NCBI GenBank assembly: GCA_963713955.1
Contig: OY970216.1
Span: 136,075 to 200,074, forward strand
Origin: an uncultured bacterium
Lineage (GTDB): Bacteria; Patescibacteriota; Minisyncoccia; UBA6257; GWB1-50-10
DNA length: 64,000 nt
Direction of reading: 5' to 3'
Shown: in pieces, positions 1 through 10,496 of the stretch
Numbering within the stretch: the first letter of the stretch is position 1
Layout of the letters: each line of letters begins with the position of its first letter
Notes under the pieces: model-generated
Told to the model about the DNA's origin: nothing
The model's input: the letters and a program-made list of their open reading frames with translations, nothing else
Databases searched by the model: none
Translations under genes and position numbers: made by a program

Positions 1-340
1 TATCCTGGTCCCGCGCCTAGCTTCATGTGGTTGAAAACAGTCGCTGTCCTCATTTTCCTCGTACTCGTTCTGCCATTTTTCCTCTTTTGGGATGATGTCG
101 TAGAAGCACTCGAGGATGCGCACGATGCGCTTGAGGAGCGATCAGGACACATTAATCTCCAAAGAATACAGCCAGCTGCTCAGCCGCAAGTACAGCAAGC
201 GGCGATAACACAACAACCATCTTCTTCTCCGGGTTGGTTTGAAAAGACCTTCGGAACAGAAGGTAAGTTGTTCGGCAAATTCTTGCCAGTCGAGGTAGCG
301 GGAGAGTTCCTGAGCAAATTCATTTTTCGTTTAATCAAGC

Positions 341-1153
341 TTGCTGAATAGGAAGGAAGGAAGGAAAGAAATGAAAGACAAGAATAAGAAAATCGGCATT
401 GTTGCTTTAATCGTTCTGGCGCTTTTGGTGAGTCTCGTATTGGGGAACGTGTGGTATTTCCTGCTCTTCGGCGGAATAGCGTTGTTGTTTCATTTTGCGA
501 GGAGCAAAGGGATACCAACCTGGAGTCTCGTACTGGTGCTGTGTATTGTTCTCGTTGCCCTTTTCAAAGCTCGTTTCCCTGATTTGTGGGAAGCGTTTAT
601 TGAATTAGGTGATTCAGGATGCATCGCTGCGAAAACAGTGATAACGCCCGTGAACAAAGGCATCGACAGTGTTCAATTCGAGGTTACGAAACACCTTAGC
701 GGTAATGCGACGGTCGAATACGCGACAGCAGCCAAGAGCATTCTGGATAGTGTTGATAACGGTAGGTGGACAGCGGTCCAAGGTCAAGTCGAGCTTTACA
801 AGCTCGACAGCCTGAAGCTGAAGAAGCTATCCGCTGCACCGCAGCCTCAGTTTCAACCCCAGTCGCCCCAGCTCCAGCCACAAGTCCTTACCTCCGATAC
901 CGTTGTGTGCGGTATTGGGGAGTACACGATCCGCCTTGATAGCACCTCCCGGTACGTCGAGATACCACCAACTGTGCGGAAGAACATCGGTTGCTTTCCG
1001 ACGATCGGATATATTGTCAGCTTTACTGACAATGGGCAGATTGATAGCGTGGCAGTTAATCAGGATGCTCGTTTCGGGAAGCACTGGCCGTGTGATTTTA
1101 CGGTCAGAGCGCTCGGGCCGACGAGTGGCCTACTCACATTAAAGTGTGAGTAA
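341..1153 (+). CDS. hypothetical membrane protein (two or three N-terminal TM helices, Gln/Pro-rich linker, Cys-containing C-terminal domain); true start probably the internal Met near 371
   Basis: Long ORF with hydrophobic N-terminal helices and QPQ linker; no recognisable catalytic motif. Confidence 0.4.
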   Translation: MLNRKEGRKEMKDKNKKIGIVALIVLALLVSLVLGNVWYFLLFGGIALLFHFARSKGIPTWSLVLVLCIVLVALFKARFPDLWEAFIELGDSGCIAAKTVITPVNKGIDSVQFEVTKHLSGNATVEYATAAKSILDSVDNGRWTAVQGQVELYKLDSLKLKKLSAAPQPQFQPQSPQLQPQVLTSDTVVCGIGEYTIRLDSTSRYVEIPPTVRKNIGCFPTIGYIVSFTDNGQIDSVAVNQDARFGKHWPCDFTVRALGPTSGLLTLKCE

Positions 1154-1213
1154 ATTTCGAAGCGCGCCAAAAGGATTTTCCTTGCGGCGCGCTAACTATT
1201 TTATAAGGGATAA

Positions 1214-1489
1214 CTATTGCAAGAACTGTTGGATGATGGTGATGATACCGGTTGCGAGAATGCCGATCGCGACGGCGACGGCCGCGTAGATGATTTGTTT
1301 CTGTCCCTTTTTGACTCTCTCGGCGTTGTCGTCGGCCGTCAGTATGTTGAAAGCGCCGACCAATATGAAAAGCACGGCGAGGGCGAGAAGGACGGAATAC
1401 AAAGCTCCGGAAATCCTCGTGATGGCGTTCACCACTCCCGTCGGGGTGGTTATGGAAGTTGTGGCATAAGCGGTGTTTATCAAGTTCAT
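1214..1489 (-). CDS. small VirB2/TrbC-like (T4SS-pilin-like) membrane protein, CPR-type
   Basis: 91 aa; two hydrophobic helices separated by charged loop DDNAERVKKGQKQ; paralogous to four downstream genes. Confidence 0.5.
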   Translation of the reverse strand: MNLINTAYATTSITTPTGVVNAITRISGALYSVLLALAVLFILVGAFNILTADDNAERVKKGQKQIIYAAVAVAIGILATGIITIIQQFLQ

Positions 1490-1513
1490 TGGTTTTATTA
1501 TATCAAAAAACCG

Positions 1514-2359
1514 TTACTGGTTTGTGCAGACATTGAGCTCGCCGGTAAATGCACAATTCGCCGATGTACAACAGTAATTACTTGAACACTCATCGTTGGT
1601 GGTGCAGCTCTCACCGTTTTGCTTTTTCTCGGCACACCGGTACTGCTTGTTACAGTAGCCACTTACACAACCTTCGTTATTGGAGCACATCTCTCCATTT
1701 CCGAACTTGGTGAAACATACCCAGTTACCGCTCCCGCTCCTTGATTCGTCGCAAAATTGGTTTGGCAGGCACCCAGTTGATCTACAATCGAGGGGCGGTG
1801 GCTGAGATATTACTGCACAGTGTTCCGCTACACATGTCTGTCCGGATGGGCAGGGATTTGCATCAGAACACTGATCACCAGTAAGATCCACGCAGTAATC
1901 ACTTAAGCATGTTTGACCACTGGGACAGTCGGATGGTTTCACACAGCTTGTGAAAACGTTGTTTGGGTTGACGCCACTTTGGCTGCTTGATATGGCGTCG
2001 AAGAATGAGGTTATGATAAGTATAATTCCTCCCGAGATCACGGCTATGACGAGGGCGATAAGAGAGTTTTTCAGTATCTTCTTCGCCTTTTTGATCTTCT
2101 CGTCGTTTCCAGCCGCCGTCATAAAGTTGAAGGCAGATATTAGGATGAAAAGCAAAACAAGCCCTATTATTATCCCATAGAACCAATTTCTGCCCGTATT
2201 GATCGTGTCTATAACTGCGTTTATCCCCCCTTTCGAGATGCTCGTTTGAGGAGGTGCGGACATGACCGGAGACTGTATCGGCGGAACCTGCGCAAAAGCC
2301 GATGCCGCCCATCCGAGCGGCATCAACGATACGGCAATTATTTTTAATATCTTAGGCAT
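1514..2359 (-). CDS. VirB2/TrbC-like pilin paralog with Cys-rich C-terminal extension
   Basis: Signal-like N-terminus, helix-AAGNDEKIKKAKK-helix core, then approximately 150 aa with repeated CPSGQTC-type Cys spacing. Confidence 0.5.
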   Translation of the reverse strand: MPKILKIIAVSLMPLGWAASAFAQVPPIQSPVMSAPPQTSISKGGINAVIDTINTGRNWFYGIIIGLVLLFILISAFNFMTAAGNDEKIKKAKKILKNSLIALVIAVISGGIILIITSFFDAISSSQSGVNPNNVFTSCVKPSDCPSGQTCLSDYCVDLTGDQCSDANPCPSGQTCVAEHCAVISQPPPLDCRSTGCLPNQFCDESRSGSGNWVCFTKFGNGEMCSNNEGCVSGYCNKQYRCAEKKQNGESCTTNDECSSNYCCTSANCAFTGELNVCTNQ

Positions 2360-2380
2360 AGATAATCCTTATGCCGATTG

Positions 2381-2749
2381 TTATTGAGTCCCTCGATTTA
2401 TCAAGAAGCCTTGTATTACAGCCACTATACCCTTCGAGAGTACTGCGAGTGCGATGGCTATGATGGCGTATGTCAGGGTTTTCTTGGCTTTCTTGACTCT
2501 CTCGTCATTGCCAGCCGCGGTGGCATAGAAAAATGCCGCGACTATTATCATGCCGATGCCGAGAACGAGAAGTATGCCGAAGAGCCAGTTGACCACCGTG
2601 TTCAGCGTATCTCCAATTTGGGTGTAGCTTGTGTATGTGTTATTTAACCCACTTGGCAGTGTTCCTGGCGTTACAATCTGCGCAAACGCCACAAAGGGCA
2701 GTATGCTCGCTCCGTAGATTATCGCCTTTACGATATTTGTCTTTTTCAT
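2381..2749 (-). CDS. VirB2/TrbC-like pilin paralog
   Basis: 122 aa; signal peptide; helix-AAGNDERVKKAKK-helix core identical in layout to neighbours. Confidence 0.5.
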   Translation of the reverse strand: MKKTNIVKAIIYGASILPFVAFAQIVTPGTLPSGLNNTYTSYTQIGDTLNTVVNWLFGILLVLGIGMIIVAAFFYATAAGNDERVKKAKKTLTYAIIAIALAVLSKGIVAVIQGFLINRGTQ

Positions 2750-2785
2750 GGTTTTATCTTTATCCCCACGACCTTTGAAAATAAG

Positions 2786-3223
2786 TTAACCGTTCAGTAG
2801 TATTTTGACAATACTTATAATACCGCTCCCTATCAAAATTATACCATATCCGATGGCGGTGTAAAGAATGGTTTTCTTGCCTTTCTCGAACCCCTCCGGC
2901 TTGCCGCCGGACGTGAGAATTTGAATGCCCCCCACGATGATCATAAGGGCGGCGACGGCTCCGCCGACCGTCACGAGCCACTTCATGATGTTGCTGATGA
3001 TTCCCTCAATATCGTTCGTCGTGCCAAGGGGATTGACGAGGGAGATTGAGGTCTGGGTTGGTTGAGAGGGAGGATTTGGTGTTATTTGTTGGTTAGGAGG
3101 GTTAGGCGTTGTGTTGTCTGCTGCTAGAGTTATATGCATGGGCATAAGTTGCGCCGAGATCACGGTCGCACTCGATATTAGAATTAGTGCAATTGCCAGA
3201 GTTTCGGATTTCATTGTTTTCAT
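2786..3223 (-). CDS. VirB2/TrbC-like pilin paralog
   Basis: 145 aa; signal peptide, Pro/Asn-rich spacer, helix-SGGKPEGFEKGKK-helix core. Confidence 0.45.
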   Translation of the reverse strand: MKTMKSETLAIALILISSATVISAQLMPMHITLAADNTTPNPPNQQITPNPPSQPTQTSISLVNPLGTTNDIEGIISNIMKWLVTVGGAVAALMIIVGGIQILTSGGKPEGFEKGKKTILYTAIGYGIILIGSGIISIVKILLNG

Positions 3224-3238
3224 TATAGCAGAAACCGA

Positions 3239-4378
3239 TTATTTGCATGACGGCGACTCAACTATGAGACACGTGCCGTCAGAACTCACACCATTTATGT
3301 TGTTACAACTCGTCCCGTCGGGGCTACAAGCGTATTTGCCGTCAGATGCGATTTTTGCAAATGTGTAGTCGCTGGGGAAACCGATCTGCGTCTTGTACTG
3401 CTGATTCAGCATTGAGACAGCATTTTGGTTACACCAGTCCTTATAAAGGAATGGCATGGTGCCGACTGGGTAGGTTTGCGCGTTTTCGGGCGCACCTTGT
3501 ATGTTTTGCGGCGTTGTTCCGCAGGCAAACCTACCGTCATTGGCTATCGCTGCGTATAGGGAGGCACCGTTTGCACATTGCGTCTTATGGATTAGTAGAC
3601 ATGAATCGTCAGAGCTCACGCTGCTGTCGTTTATATCGTTGCAGCTTTTACCGCTCACGCTGCAAGAATATTGGCCGCTTGCGGAAAGTTTGGCAAATGT
3701 CCAGTCAGTCGTCCAAGACAAAGGATATTTGTTTAACTGGTCCGCTGCATTTACTCCGCAATAATTTGACGCCAAGAATGGCATTGTGCCTAATGGATAG
3801 ATTATAGCATGCGCCGGTACATTTATTACCCCTTGTTGTGTAGTGCTACAAATGAAAATGCCGTTGTTTGCTATCGCCGCATAGAGAGCGACAGGCGGAT
3901 TATTATTTATGTTGTTGGTGATGTTTATTGTCGGCGGCTGGGGATTATGCTGGCAGTTAATTTGGTTCCAGGCGAAGCTGGAGTTGCCCGTTAGGACGTG
4001 TATCAGCGTTCCTACGACAATCCACGAGACGAGAGCGATTGCAACGCCGGTCACGGCCTTCACGAGTATGCTTTTCCCTTTCTTGAAATTGTTTTCGCTG
4101 CCGCCGGAGATGATCATCGTGATTCCCCCGACGACGATCATAACCCCCCCGATCGTGAACGAAAAGTCGAGAAGGATCCCAATGATGTTGTTCGCGACGA
4201 TCAGGGCATCGCAAAAATCGCAGGAGGCAACGGGTCCACCCTTCGTGCTCCCTGCGGCGCACTGAGTTCCCTTCCAGATGCCGGTGCCCGCAGCGTACGA
4301 AAAGCTGAAACTTACAAGGAAAATAAGAAACCCCACAAGCAAAATCTCGGCCGATCTTTTTTCTAAGGATTTTTTCAT
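3239..4378 (-). CDS. VirB2/TrbC-like pilin paralog fused to tandemly duplicated Cys-containing C-terminal domain
   Basis: N-terminal helix-GGSENNFKKGKS-helix core; C-terminal two approximately 100-aa repeats (ALYAAIAN(N/D)G..C..T..GTMPFL...TFAK(L/I)AS(D/S)G(K/Q)Y(A/S)CS). Confidence 0.5.
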   Translation of the reverse strand: MKKSLEKRSAEILLVGFLIFLVSFSFSYAAGTGIWKGTQCAAGSTKGGPVASCDFCDALIVANNIIGILLDFSFTIGGVMIVVGGITMIISGGSENNFKKGKSILVKAVTGVAIALVSWIVVGTLIHVLTGNSSFAWNQINCQHNPQPPTINITNNINNNPPVALYAAIANNGIFICSTTQQGVINVPAHAIIYPLGTMPFLASNYCGVNAADQLNKYPLSWTTDWTFAKLSASGQYSCSVSGKSCNDINDSSVSSDDSCLLIHKTQCANGASLYAAIANDGRFACGTTPQNIQGAPENAQTYPVGTMPFLYKDWCNQNAVSMLNQQYKTQIGFPSDYTFAKIASDGKYACSPDGTSCNNINGVSSDGTCLIVESPSCK

Positions 4379-5691
4379 CAGAATCCCCCTCCGCTATTCA
4401 TTATACCAGTTATCTGGTCTTGGGCCTGCTTGAGAGCCGAATACGAATTGCCCTGGCCGGTTACCAAGGAGTCGATCATCTGGGAGAAGACGGGGTTTAT
4501 CGAACTCCTCTCGGGGCCGTACCAGGATCGGGCGTAAAGCGCCTGCTTCGCGAAAACCGACAGATTCGGGTCGTTGAGGTAATTGTTGATTAAGGAAAGA
4601 AGCGCCGGCGGATTGCCTGACGCTTTGACGTACAAATCGGCGGCCCCGGGGTTCGTGGTCATAAATTGCACGAAGTTCCAGGCAAGTCCCGCAACTCTGC
4701 TCTGCTTGGACACTGTGAAGCCGAGGTATTGCGGGGACGAAACGAAAATAGTCGAGGAAGCCGGCTGGGGCACCGGAGCGATTCCGTAATTGAGGAACGA
4801 GTTTTTTGCCTTAAGGTTGTTCTCCGCCGACTCGTAATCGAAAATCATGGCGACTTTGTTCTCCGCGAAGGCGTCGATCGAGTCGGACATGTTGTAGTTC
4901 CAGGTGTAATAAGCGCTTCCGGGATTGGAGAATTGAGTGTAAAAGCTCACGGCGGCAAGGCCGCTTGAAGAATCGAACGTCGCCGCGTTCTTGGTTTTGT
5001 CAGTTATTTGCGTGCCGTTCTGGAGCATGAGGAGCGACAAGATGCCCGTCGCGTTGTCTATGTTCGCGTCCGAGGTTCCCACGGCAGCCGCCGCCTGAGT
5101 GATAGTTCCGGTCGACGAGATCTCGGTCAATTTCGGGATCATGGCGTCGAAACCCTGCCAAGTCGACGGCGGATACACGATGCCGGCCTTGGCAAAGAGA
5201 TCTTTGTTATAGAAGAGAGCTAAGGTATCGATTGAGAGCGGGAGTCCGTAGACAGAGCTGCCGGAGACGAAATCCTGGCTGACGACCTGCGGAAAATCTT
5301 GCTGTAAATTCAGGAGTGAGAACTGCGTCGGCGAGAGCGGGATGATCTTATTGAGGTAATTCGGAAGCTCGGTCGAGGGGATCATGAAAATATCCGGCGA
5401 CTGCCCCGCGGCCATGGCTTCCAAAAGCGCATTGGTGTAGGCGTTGTAATCAGTGAACTGCCTGAGGTTTATTTTCACGTTCGGAAACGTGGCGTTGTAG
5501 GCGGCGACGATTGACGTGTAATAAGAAAGATCGTCTCCGTAGAGCCACGCGGTGAGCGTTCCCTGCACGCTCGCAGGGTTGGTGGTGGTGTTTTTGGATC
5601 CGGGCAATATCCCGGCGAAGATGAGTCCGAAGATCAGTATGACGAGAATCGCTCCACCGAAAATGATAAGTTGGGTTTTGGTTAAAGACAT
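4378..5691 (-). CDS. ABC transporter substrate-binding protein (family 1, sugar-type), membrane-anchored
   Basis: N-terminal TM anchor then SBP_bac_1-like sequence ([13 protein letters not shown]); start overlaps gyrA stop by 10 nt. Confidence 0.65.
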   Translation of the reverse strand: MSLTKTQLIIFGGAILVILIFGLIFAGILPGSKNTTTNPASVQGTLTAWLYGDDLSYYTSIVAAYNATFPNVKINLRQFTDYNAYTNALLEAMAAGQSPDIFMIPSTELPNYLNKIIPLSPTQFSLLNLQQDFPQVVSQDFVSGSSVYGLPLSIDTLALFYNKDLFAKAGIVYPPSTWQGFDAMIPKLTEISSTGTITQAAAAVGTSDANIDNATGILSLLMLQNGTQITDKTKNAATFDSSSGLAAVSFYTQFSNPGSAYYTWNYNMSDSIDAFAENKVAMIFDYESAENNLKAKNSFLNYGIAPVPQPASSTIFVSSPQYLGFTVSKQSRVAGLAWNFVQFMTTNPGAADLYVKASGNPPALLSLINNYLNDPNLSVFAKQALYARSWYGPERSSINPVFSQMIDSLVTGQGNSYSALKQAQDQITGIMNSGGGF

Positions 5692-8126
5692 ACGATGCCT
5701 ACTAACTTATCGCCTTTATCTAAGTTCATGATTTTTACTCCCTGCGTCGCCCGGCCGAGGATCCGCACGTCTTTAAGGGGCAACTTAATCGCTTGGCCCC
5801 GGGAAGAAAAAGCGATGATCTCTTCCGTTTCGGGGCCGACCACGTGGGCGCCTATCACAGGGCCGGTTTTCTCGGTGATTTTGGCCGTTTTGATGCCAGA
5901 ACCGCCCCTCCTTTGTATTTTATACTCTTTGAGGTTTGTTTGCTTCCCGAAGCCGTTCGCAGTCACGGCCAAGAGCTTCGATTCGGATATCGATTTGGCC
6001 GATACGACGTCGGCGCCGGAGACCGCATCTCTCTTTTTGAGTTTTATGGCCTTCACTCCTCCGGCAGTCCGACCCATGCTCCTGATGTCTTTTTCTTTGA
6101 ATCGGATGGCCTGTCCGAGGCTCGTCGCGAGGATGATTTCATCACCGCCCCCGGAAAGCTTCACCCACAAGAGCGCGTCGTCCCCGGCGAGCTTCACGGC
6201 TATGATCCCGTTCCTCCTCACGTTTTGGAAATCCTTGAGTGTCGTTTTCTTTATTACGCCGCCCTTGGTTATCATAACCAAAAATCCTTCCGTCGTGTCC
6301 TTTGGATAGGAAATCACGGTCGAGACTTTTTCGTTTACGGGCACCTCGAGGAAATTGTAGATCGACTTCCCTTTGGAGGTTCTCGTCGCTTCCGGTATTT
6401 CATAGGCCTTGGTTTGGAACGCCCGCCCTTTGCTCGTGAAAAACAAAACGTTGTCATGGGTATTTGCGTAAATGATCTGGGAGATTTTATCTTCCTCTTT
6501 CAATTCCGCGCCGATCAAACCCTTGCCGCCGCGTTTTTGCGAACGGAACGTACCCGGCGGCATCCGCTTGATGTAACCGTCCTCGGAAACCGTTATGATC
6601 GAGTCGCCTTCGGGTATAAGATCCTCTTCGTTGAACTCTTTGAGACCGCCGGCTACTATTTTCGTCTTGCGTTCATCGCCGAACGTCTTTTTAAGTTCGG
6701 CAAGGTCGCTCTCTATGATGCCGAGGATTCTCTTTGGATCCTTCAAGATGGCCTTGAGTTCGGCGATGAGTTTTTTCTTTTCGGCGAGTTCGTCTTCCAG
6801 TTTTTGCCGTTCGAGCGCCGCCAAAGACTGCAGTTTCATTTCCAATATGGCTTCCGCCTGTACGGCCGTCAGTTTGAAGTTCTTCATCAAGTTTTCCTTG
6901 GCCGTTTCCTTGTCTTTGGATTTCTTGATGGTGGCGATTATTTTGTCTATGACATCCAGGGCTTTCACGAGGCCCTCCAGGATGTGGGCCCGCTCCTCGG
7001 CTTTCTTGAGATCGAATTCTGTTCTTCTCGTTATGACAAGTTTCCGGTGTTCGAGATAGTACGAAAGGATATCCTTCAAGGAAAGGACTTGCGGCTGGAT
7101 GCCGTCGACGAGGGCCAGCGTGTTGTAGTAAAAATTTTTCTGGAGTTCGGTGTACTCGAAAAGCTGGTTCAGGATCTTCTGGGGATTGGAATCGTTCTTA
7201 AGCTCGACCACGATCCGCAATCCTTCCCGATCCGATTCGTCGCGGACGTCCCGGATACCTTCTATTTTTTTCTCTTGGACCAGTTCCGCAATCTTCGTCA
7301 CGAGATCTGATTTGTTGACCTGATAGGGGATCTCTGTGACGACAATCTGAAAGCTGCCGCTTTTCCTCTCCTCTATCTCAGCCTTCGCCCGCATCGTGAT
7401 AGATCCTTTTCCAGTCGAGTAGGCTTCTTCAAGCGATTTTTTGCCGTAGACGATGCCGCCGGTCGGGAAGTCTGGCCCCTGGATGAACTGCATGAGATCC
7501 TTCACGGTCGCGTCCGGGTGTTTGGTAAGATGAACGATCGCATCGGCCACTTCGTCGAGGTTGTGTGGAGGAATGGACGTCGCCATGCCGACGGCGATCC
7601 CGACCGTGCCGTTCAGGAGCAGGTTGGGGAGTTTTGCCGGCAGGAATCGCGGTTCCTCGCGGGTCGAGTCGTAGTTGGGTATCCAGTTCACGGTCTCCTT
7701 CTCGATGTCCATAAGCATTTCTTCCGCGATTCTTGAGATCCTACTTTCGGTATATCTCATCGCCGCAGGGCTGTCGCCGTCAACCGAGCCCCAGTTGCCT
7801 TGGCCGTCGATTAAGGGGTAACGCAATGAAAAATCCTGGGCCATGCGGGCCAAAGCATCATAGACCGCCATGTCGCCGTGCGGGTGGTATTTCCCCAAGA
7901 CTTCCCCGACAACATTAGCGGATTTTTTGAATTTGGCGTTATGAGTAAGCCCTGTGTCCCACATTGCCCAGAGGATTCTCCGTTGGACTGGTTTTAGGCC
8001 GTCCCGGACGTCCGGAAGCGCACGGGACACGATGACTGACATCGCGTAATCCAAGTAGCTCTCCGAAAGTTCCTCGGTTATCTCTTTTTCTTCTATTTTG
8101 CCTTGTTCCTTTTTCTCTTCGCTCAT
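5682..8126 (-). CDS. gyrA: DNA gyrase subunit A
   Basis: [25 protein letters not shown]-terminal beta-pinwheel repeats; 814 aa. Confidence 0.95.
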   Translation of the reverse strand: MSEEKKEQGKIEEKEITEELSESYLDYAMSVIVSRALPDVRDGLKPVQRRILWAMWDTGLTHNAKFKKSANVVGEVLGKYHPHGDMAVYDALARMAQDFSLRYPLIDGQGNWGSVDGDSPAAMRYTESRISRIAEEMLMDIEKETVNWIPNYDSTREEPRFLPAKLPNLLLNGTVGIAVGMATSIPPHNLDEVADAIVHLTKHPDATVKDLMQFIQGPDFPTGGIVYGKKSLEEAYSTGKGSITMRAKAEIEERKSGSFQIVVTEIPYQVNKSDLVTKIAELVQEKKIEGIRDVRDESDREGLRIVVELKNDSNPQKILNQLFEYTELQKNFYYNTLALVDGIQPQVLSLKDILSYYLEHRKLVITRRTEFDLKKAEERAHILEGLVKALDVIDKIIATIKKSKDKETAKENLMKNFKLTAVQAEAILEMKLQSLAALERQKLEDELAEKKKLIAELKAILKDPKRILGIIESDLAELKKTFGDERKTKIVAGGLKEFNEEDLIPEGDSIITVSEDGYIKRMPPGTFRSQKRGGKGLIGAELKEEDKISQIIYANTHDNVLFFTSKGRAFQTKAYEIPEATRTSKGKSIYNFLEVPVNEKVSTVISYPKDTTEGFLVMITKGGVIKKTTLKDFQNVRRNGIIAVKLAGDDALLWVKLSGGGDEIILATSLGQAIRFKEKDIRSMGRTAGGVKAIKLKKRDAVSGADVVSAKSISESKLLAVTANGFGKQTNLKEYKIQRRGGSGIKTAKITEKTGPVIGAHVVGPETEEIIAFSSRGQAIKLPLKDVRILGRATQGVKIMNLDKGDKLVGIVCL

Positions 8127-8169
8127 GGTCGGGTATCAAAACTAAATCATTTTAATCCAAAAAGCACAT

Positions 8170-8652
8170 CTACGGTAGCGGGGTCGGCGGTATTGCTTCC
8201 GGCGCGCCGAGGGTCGTCGTCTCTTCGCTTGTGCTTTCGGTCGAAGTTCCGGGATTTTCCAGATTGAGGTTGTTGGTTTTTCTGAATTCGTTTTTTATCT
8301 GATTGATGGTGCCGGTCCACCAGTTTTTGAGTGAGCCGACGGCACCCGTGAAACTGTTCCCGGTTGAATCTTTTATTTCAGCGAAACCTCTCCCGAGAGT
8401 CTGAAAGAAAGAATTTTGATTTTCATTTTGGCTCGGCTGGGGGAGATAGTTAAACGTGGAGGTTTCTGCCGCGGTTGACGATGCGGTGTTATCGGTTACT
8501 GCCGGTACGCTCGTGTTGAGGTACAGAATCCACAAGAAAATGACGATGACCATGGAAACGGAAGAAGCGATAACCAGGTACTTTTTCTTGGTCTTTTCGT
8601 CGCGGCTCTGGGCTCTCTTGATGAAATCGTTTACTTGCTGGATCTTGAGCAT
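8170..8652 (-). CDS. hypothetical membrane-anchored protein
   Basis: Single TM helix after Lys-rich N-terminus; Ser/Thr-rich tail; no known motif. Confidence 0.4.
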   Translation of the reverse strand: MLKIQQVNDFIKRAQSRDEKTKKKYLVIASSVSMVIVIFLWILYLNTSVPAVTDNTASSTAAETSTFNYLPQPSQNENQNSFFQTLGRGFAEIKDSTGNSFTGAVGSLKNWWTGTINQIKNEFRKTNNLNLENPGTSTESTSEETTTLGAPEAIPPTPLP

Positions 8653-8658
8653 CTGGAA

Positions 8659-9231
8659 TTAGGATGCGATCCATTTGACGGCCATGGCTTTGGGAGTAAT
8701 ATCCTTCTTTTTGACGGTAAGCTTTTCTTCGGCCTTCACGCCGTTTTCCTGCCCCAGTTCTTTAAAGAGTTCTCGCGGATTCTTAGTGAATGAAGGAATC
8801 ACAACGCCCGGCTCGGTTTGCCGTATTATTTTAGCTGCTCCGGAAGCACTCAAGTACGGTTTTTCTCCGCCGGGGATTATCAATATATCGCAGTTCTGGA
8901 GAATCTCCAGGGTTTTAGGATCTGGATCTTTCTTGACCGGTCCCAGGATTCCTATCTCGATGTCATCGAACGCGATGCGGTAAGCCGTCTTTTCCATATT
9001 GTCTTCGTAAGCTGCCGTCCTTCCTTCCACTCTCGCGCCCGATACGTCGTATTCTCCCTGGTTGTCGACAAAAAACGGCCCACTTTCCTCGGGAGAAACC
9101 TTTGCGGGTTTCACGGTCGAAAGAACCAGGATGGATCCCTTGAATGATCTCTGGTTGTCGGGATCAACGAGGATCGTTTTTTCTCCGGATTGCAGTTTGA
9201 AGTACCCTTCTCCGTTGCAAGTTATTATCAT
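8659..9231 (-). CDS. UPF0173/MBL-fold-like protein with degenerate metal-binding motifs
   Basis: N-terminus MIITCNGEGYFKL..KTILVDP resembles MKIT.LGHS.F.I...K.ILIDP of MBL-fold hydrolases but HxHxDH motif is absent. Confidence 0.35.
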   Translation of the reverse strand: MIITCNGEGYFKLQSGEKTILVDPDNQRSFKGSILVLSTVKPAKVSPEESGPFFVDNQGEYDVSGARVEGRTAAYEDNMEKTAYRIAFDDIEIGILGPVKKDPDPKTLEILQNCDILIIPGGEKPYLSASGAAKIIRQTEPGVVIPSFTKNPRELFKELGQENGVKAEEKLTVKKKDITPKAMAVKWIAS

Positions 9232-9353
9232 ATGTATTTATTTTAGCGCCGGAGACGTTAAATCTCAAGAAGAATCTGTATTTGATATTTCTCATCACCT
9301 TTGCTACCATTTTGTAGCTTGGTGCCCTATCAACGGCATTTGGGCAAAAAATA

Positions 9354-10445
9354 ATGACGATAAACATAAAAAACGGGGGCGGTTCGATAGGCCAAATTTT
9401 GAAAACCAACCACTCTTTTTTGCCGACCCTCCGGGCGGGCGATCTGGTCGAAGGCAAGGTTCTCGAGAAGGGTTCTGCGAAGCTCTTCGTTGATCTCGGC
9501 AAGTACGGGACAGGCGTCGTCTATCGGGGTGAACTCCAGAATGCGAGGGAGTTCGTAAAAAATCTCGGTGTGGGCGACCCCGTCCACGGCAAGGTGATCG
9601 ACATAGACAATGAAGAAGGATTCGTGGAGTTGTCACTCTCGGAGGCCGACAAACAAAAAGCCTGGACCGAGGTGCAGGAACTCAAAGACAAAGACGAGAT
9701 ACTGACCGTCAAAATTTCAGGGTTCAACAAGGGTGGCCTCATAGTGGATCTGAAGAGCCTCTCCGCCTTTTTGCCGGTTTCCCAGCTTTCCAATGAGCAC
9801 TATCCCAAAGTCAGCGCGGAGGATCGGTCAAAAATCTTACAATCGCTCCAGCTTCTCGTGGGCTCCGAACTCAAAGTGAGAATCATCGACGTGAATCCCC
9901 GAACGACGAAGCTCATCATCTCCGAACGGGCGGCCGAGGAAATGAGCGCGCGGGACCTCGCCAAGAACTATTCCGTGGGGCAAGTCATCGAGGGTATTGT
10001 CTCCGGCGTGGCTGACTTTGGCGTATTCGTCCGGTTCACGGACAACCCGGCCGTGGAAGGATTCATCCATGTGTCGGAAATTGACTGGAAGATGATAGAA
10101 AATCCGAAGGAAGTTCTGAAAGTCGACGAAGTGGTGAAAGCGAAGATCGTGGACATAAAAGACGGGAGGATTTCCCTTTCTCTCAAGGCACTTAAGGAGA
10201 ATCCCTGGACCAAGGTTTTGGAGTATTTCAAGGACGGCGATGAAGTCAAGGGAACAGTCTATCTCTTTAACCCGTTCGGAGCGGTCATAAGCCTGGAGCA
10301 CGACTTCCAGGGCGTGATACGGGTCACCGAGTTCGGGGGAGTCCCTGAGATGAAAAAACAGATTTCGCAGGGGGAGGAATATTCGTTTATAATAGAATCG
10401 GTGAAGCCCGAAGAGCGAAGAATCAACCTCAAATTAAAGAAATAA
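9354..10445 (+). CDS. rpsA: 30S ribosomal protein S1 (short 4xS1-domain form)
   Basis: Four S1 repeats (GD.V.GKV, G.V.G.V); 363 aa. Confidence 0.8.
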   Translation: MTINIKNGGGSIGQILKTNHSFLPTLRAGDLVEGKVLEKGSAKLFVDLGKYGTGVVYRGELQNAREFVKNLGVGDPVHGKVIDIDNEEGFVELSLSEADKQKAWTEVQELKDKDEILTVKISGFNKGGLIVDLKSLSAFLPVSQLSNEHYPKVSAEDRSKILQSLQLLVGSELKVRIIDVNPRTTKLIISERAAEEMSARDLAKNYSVGQVIEGIVSGVADFGVFVRFTDNPAVEGFIHVSEIDWKMIENPKEVLKVDEVVKAKIVDIKDGRISLSLKALKENPWTKVLEYFKDGDEVKGTVYLFNPFGAVISLEHDFQGVIRVTEFGGVPEMKKQISQGEEYSFIIESVKPEERRINLKLKK

Positions 10446-10496
10446 GCAGCTACGGAATACGAATCTCTTACGAATTCGTAATTCGTAGAGAAACTC

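Noticed and set aside
25-351. 108-aa ORF at window start
   Set aside because: May be the C-terminal piece of a gene starting before the window or a small membrane protein. Hydrophobic N-terminus but no RBS or motif. Not called.
3346-4366. Several plus-strand ORFs (153, 118, 122 aa) opposite the pilin genes
   Set aside because: All antisense to well-supported pilin-paralog genes; Arg-rich translations
5793-7310. 505-aa plus-strand ORF
   Set aside because: Lies entirely antisense to gyrA; Arg/Phe/Leu-rich composition typical of an antisense frame of a GC-balanced gene; no start context
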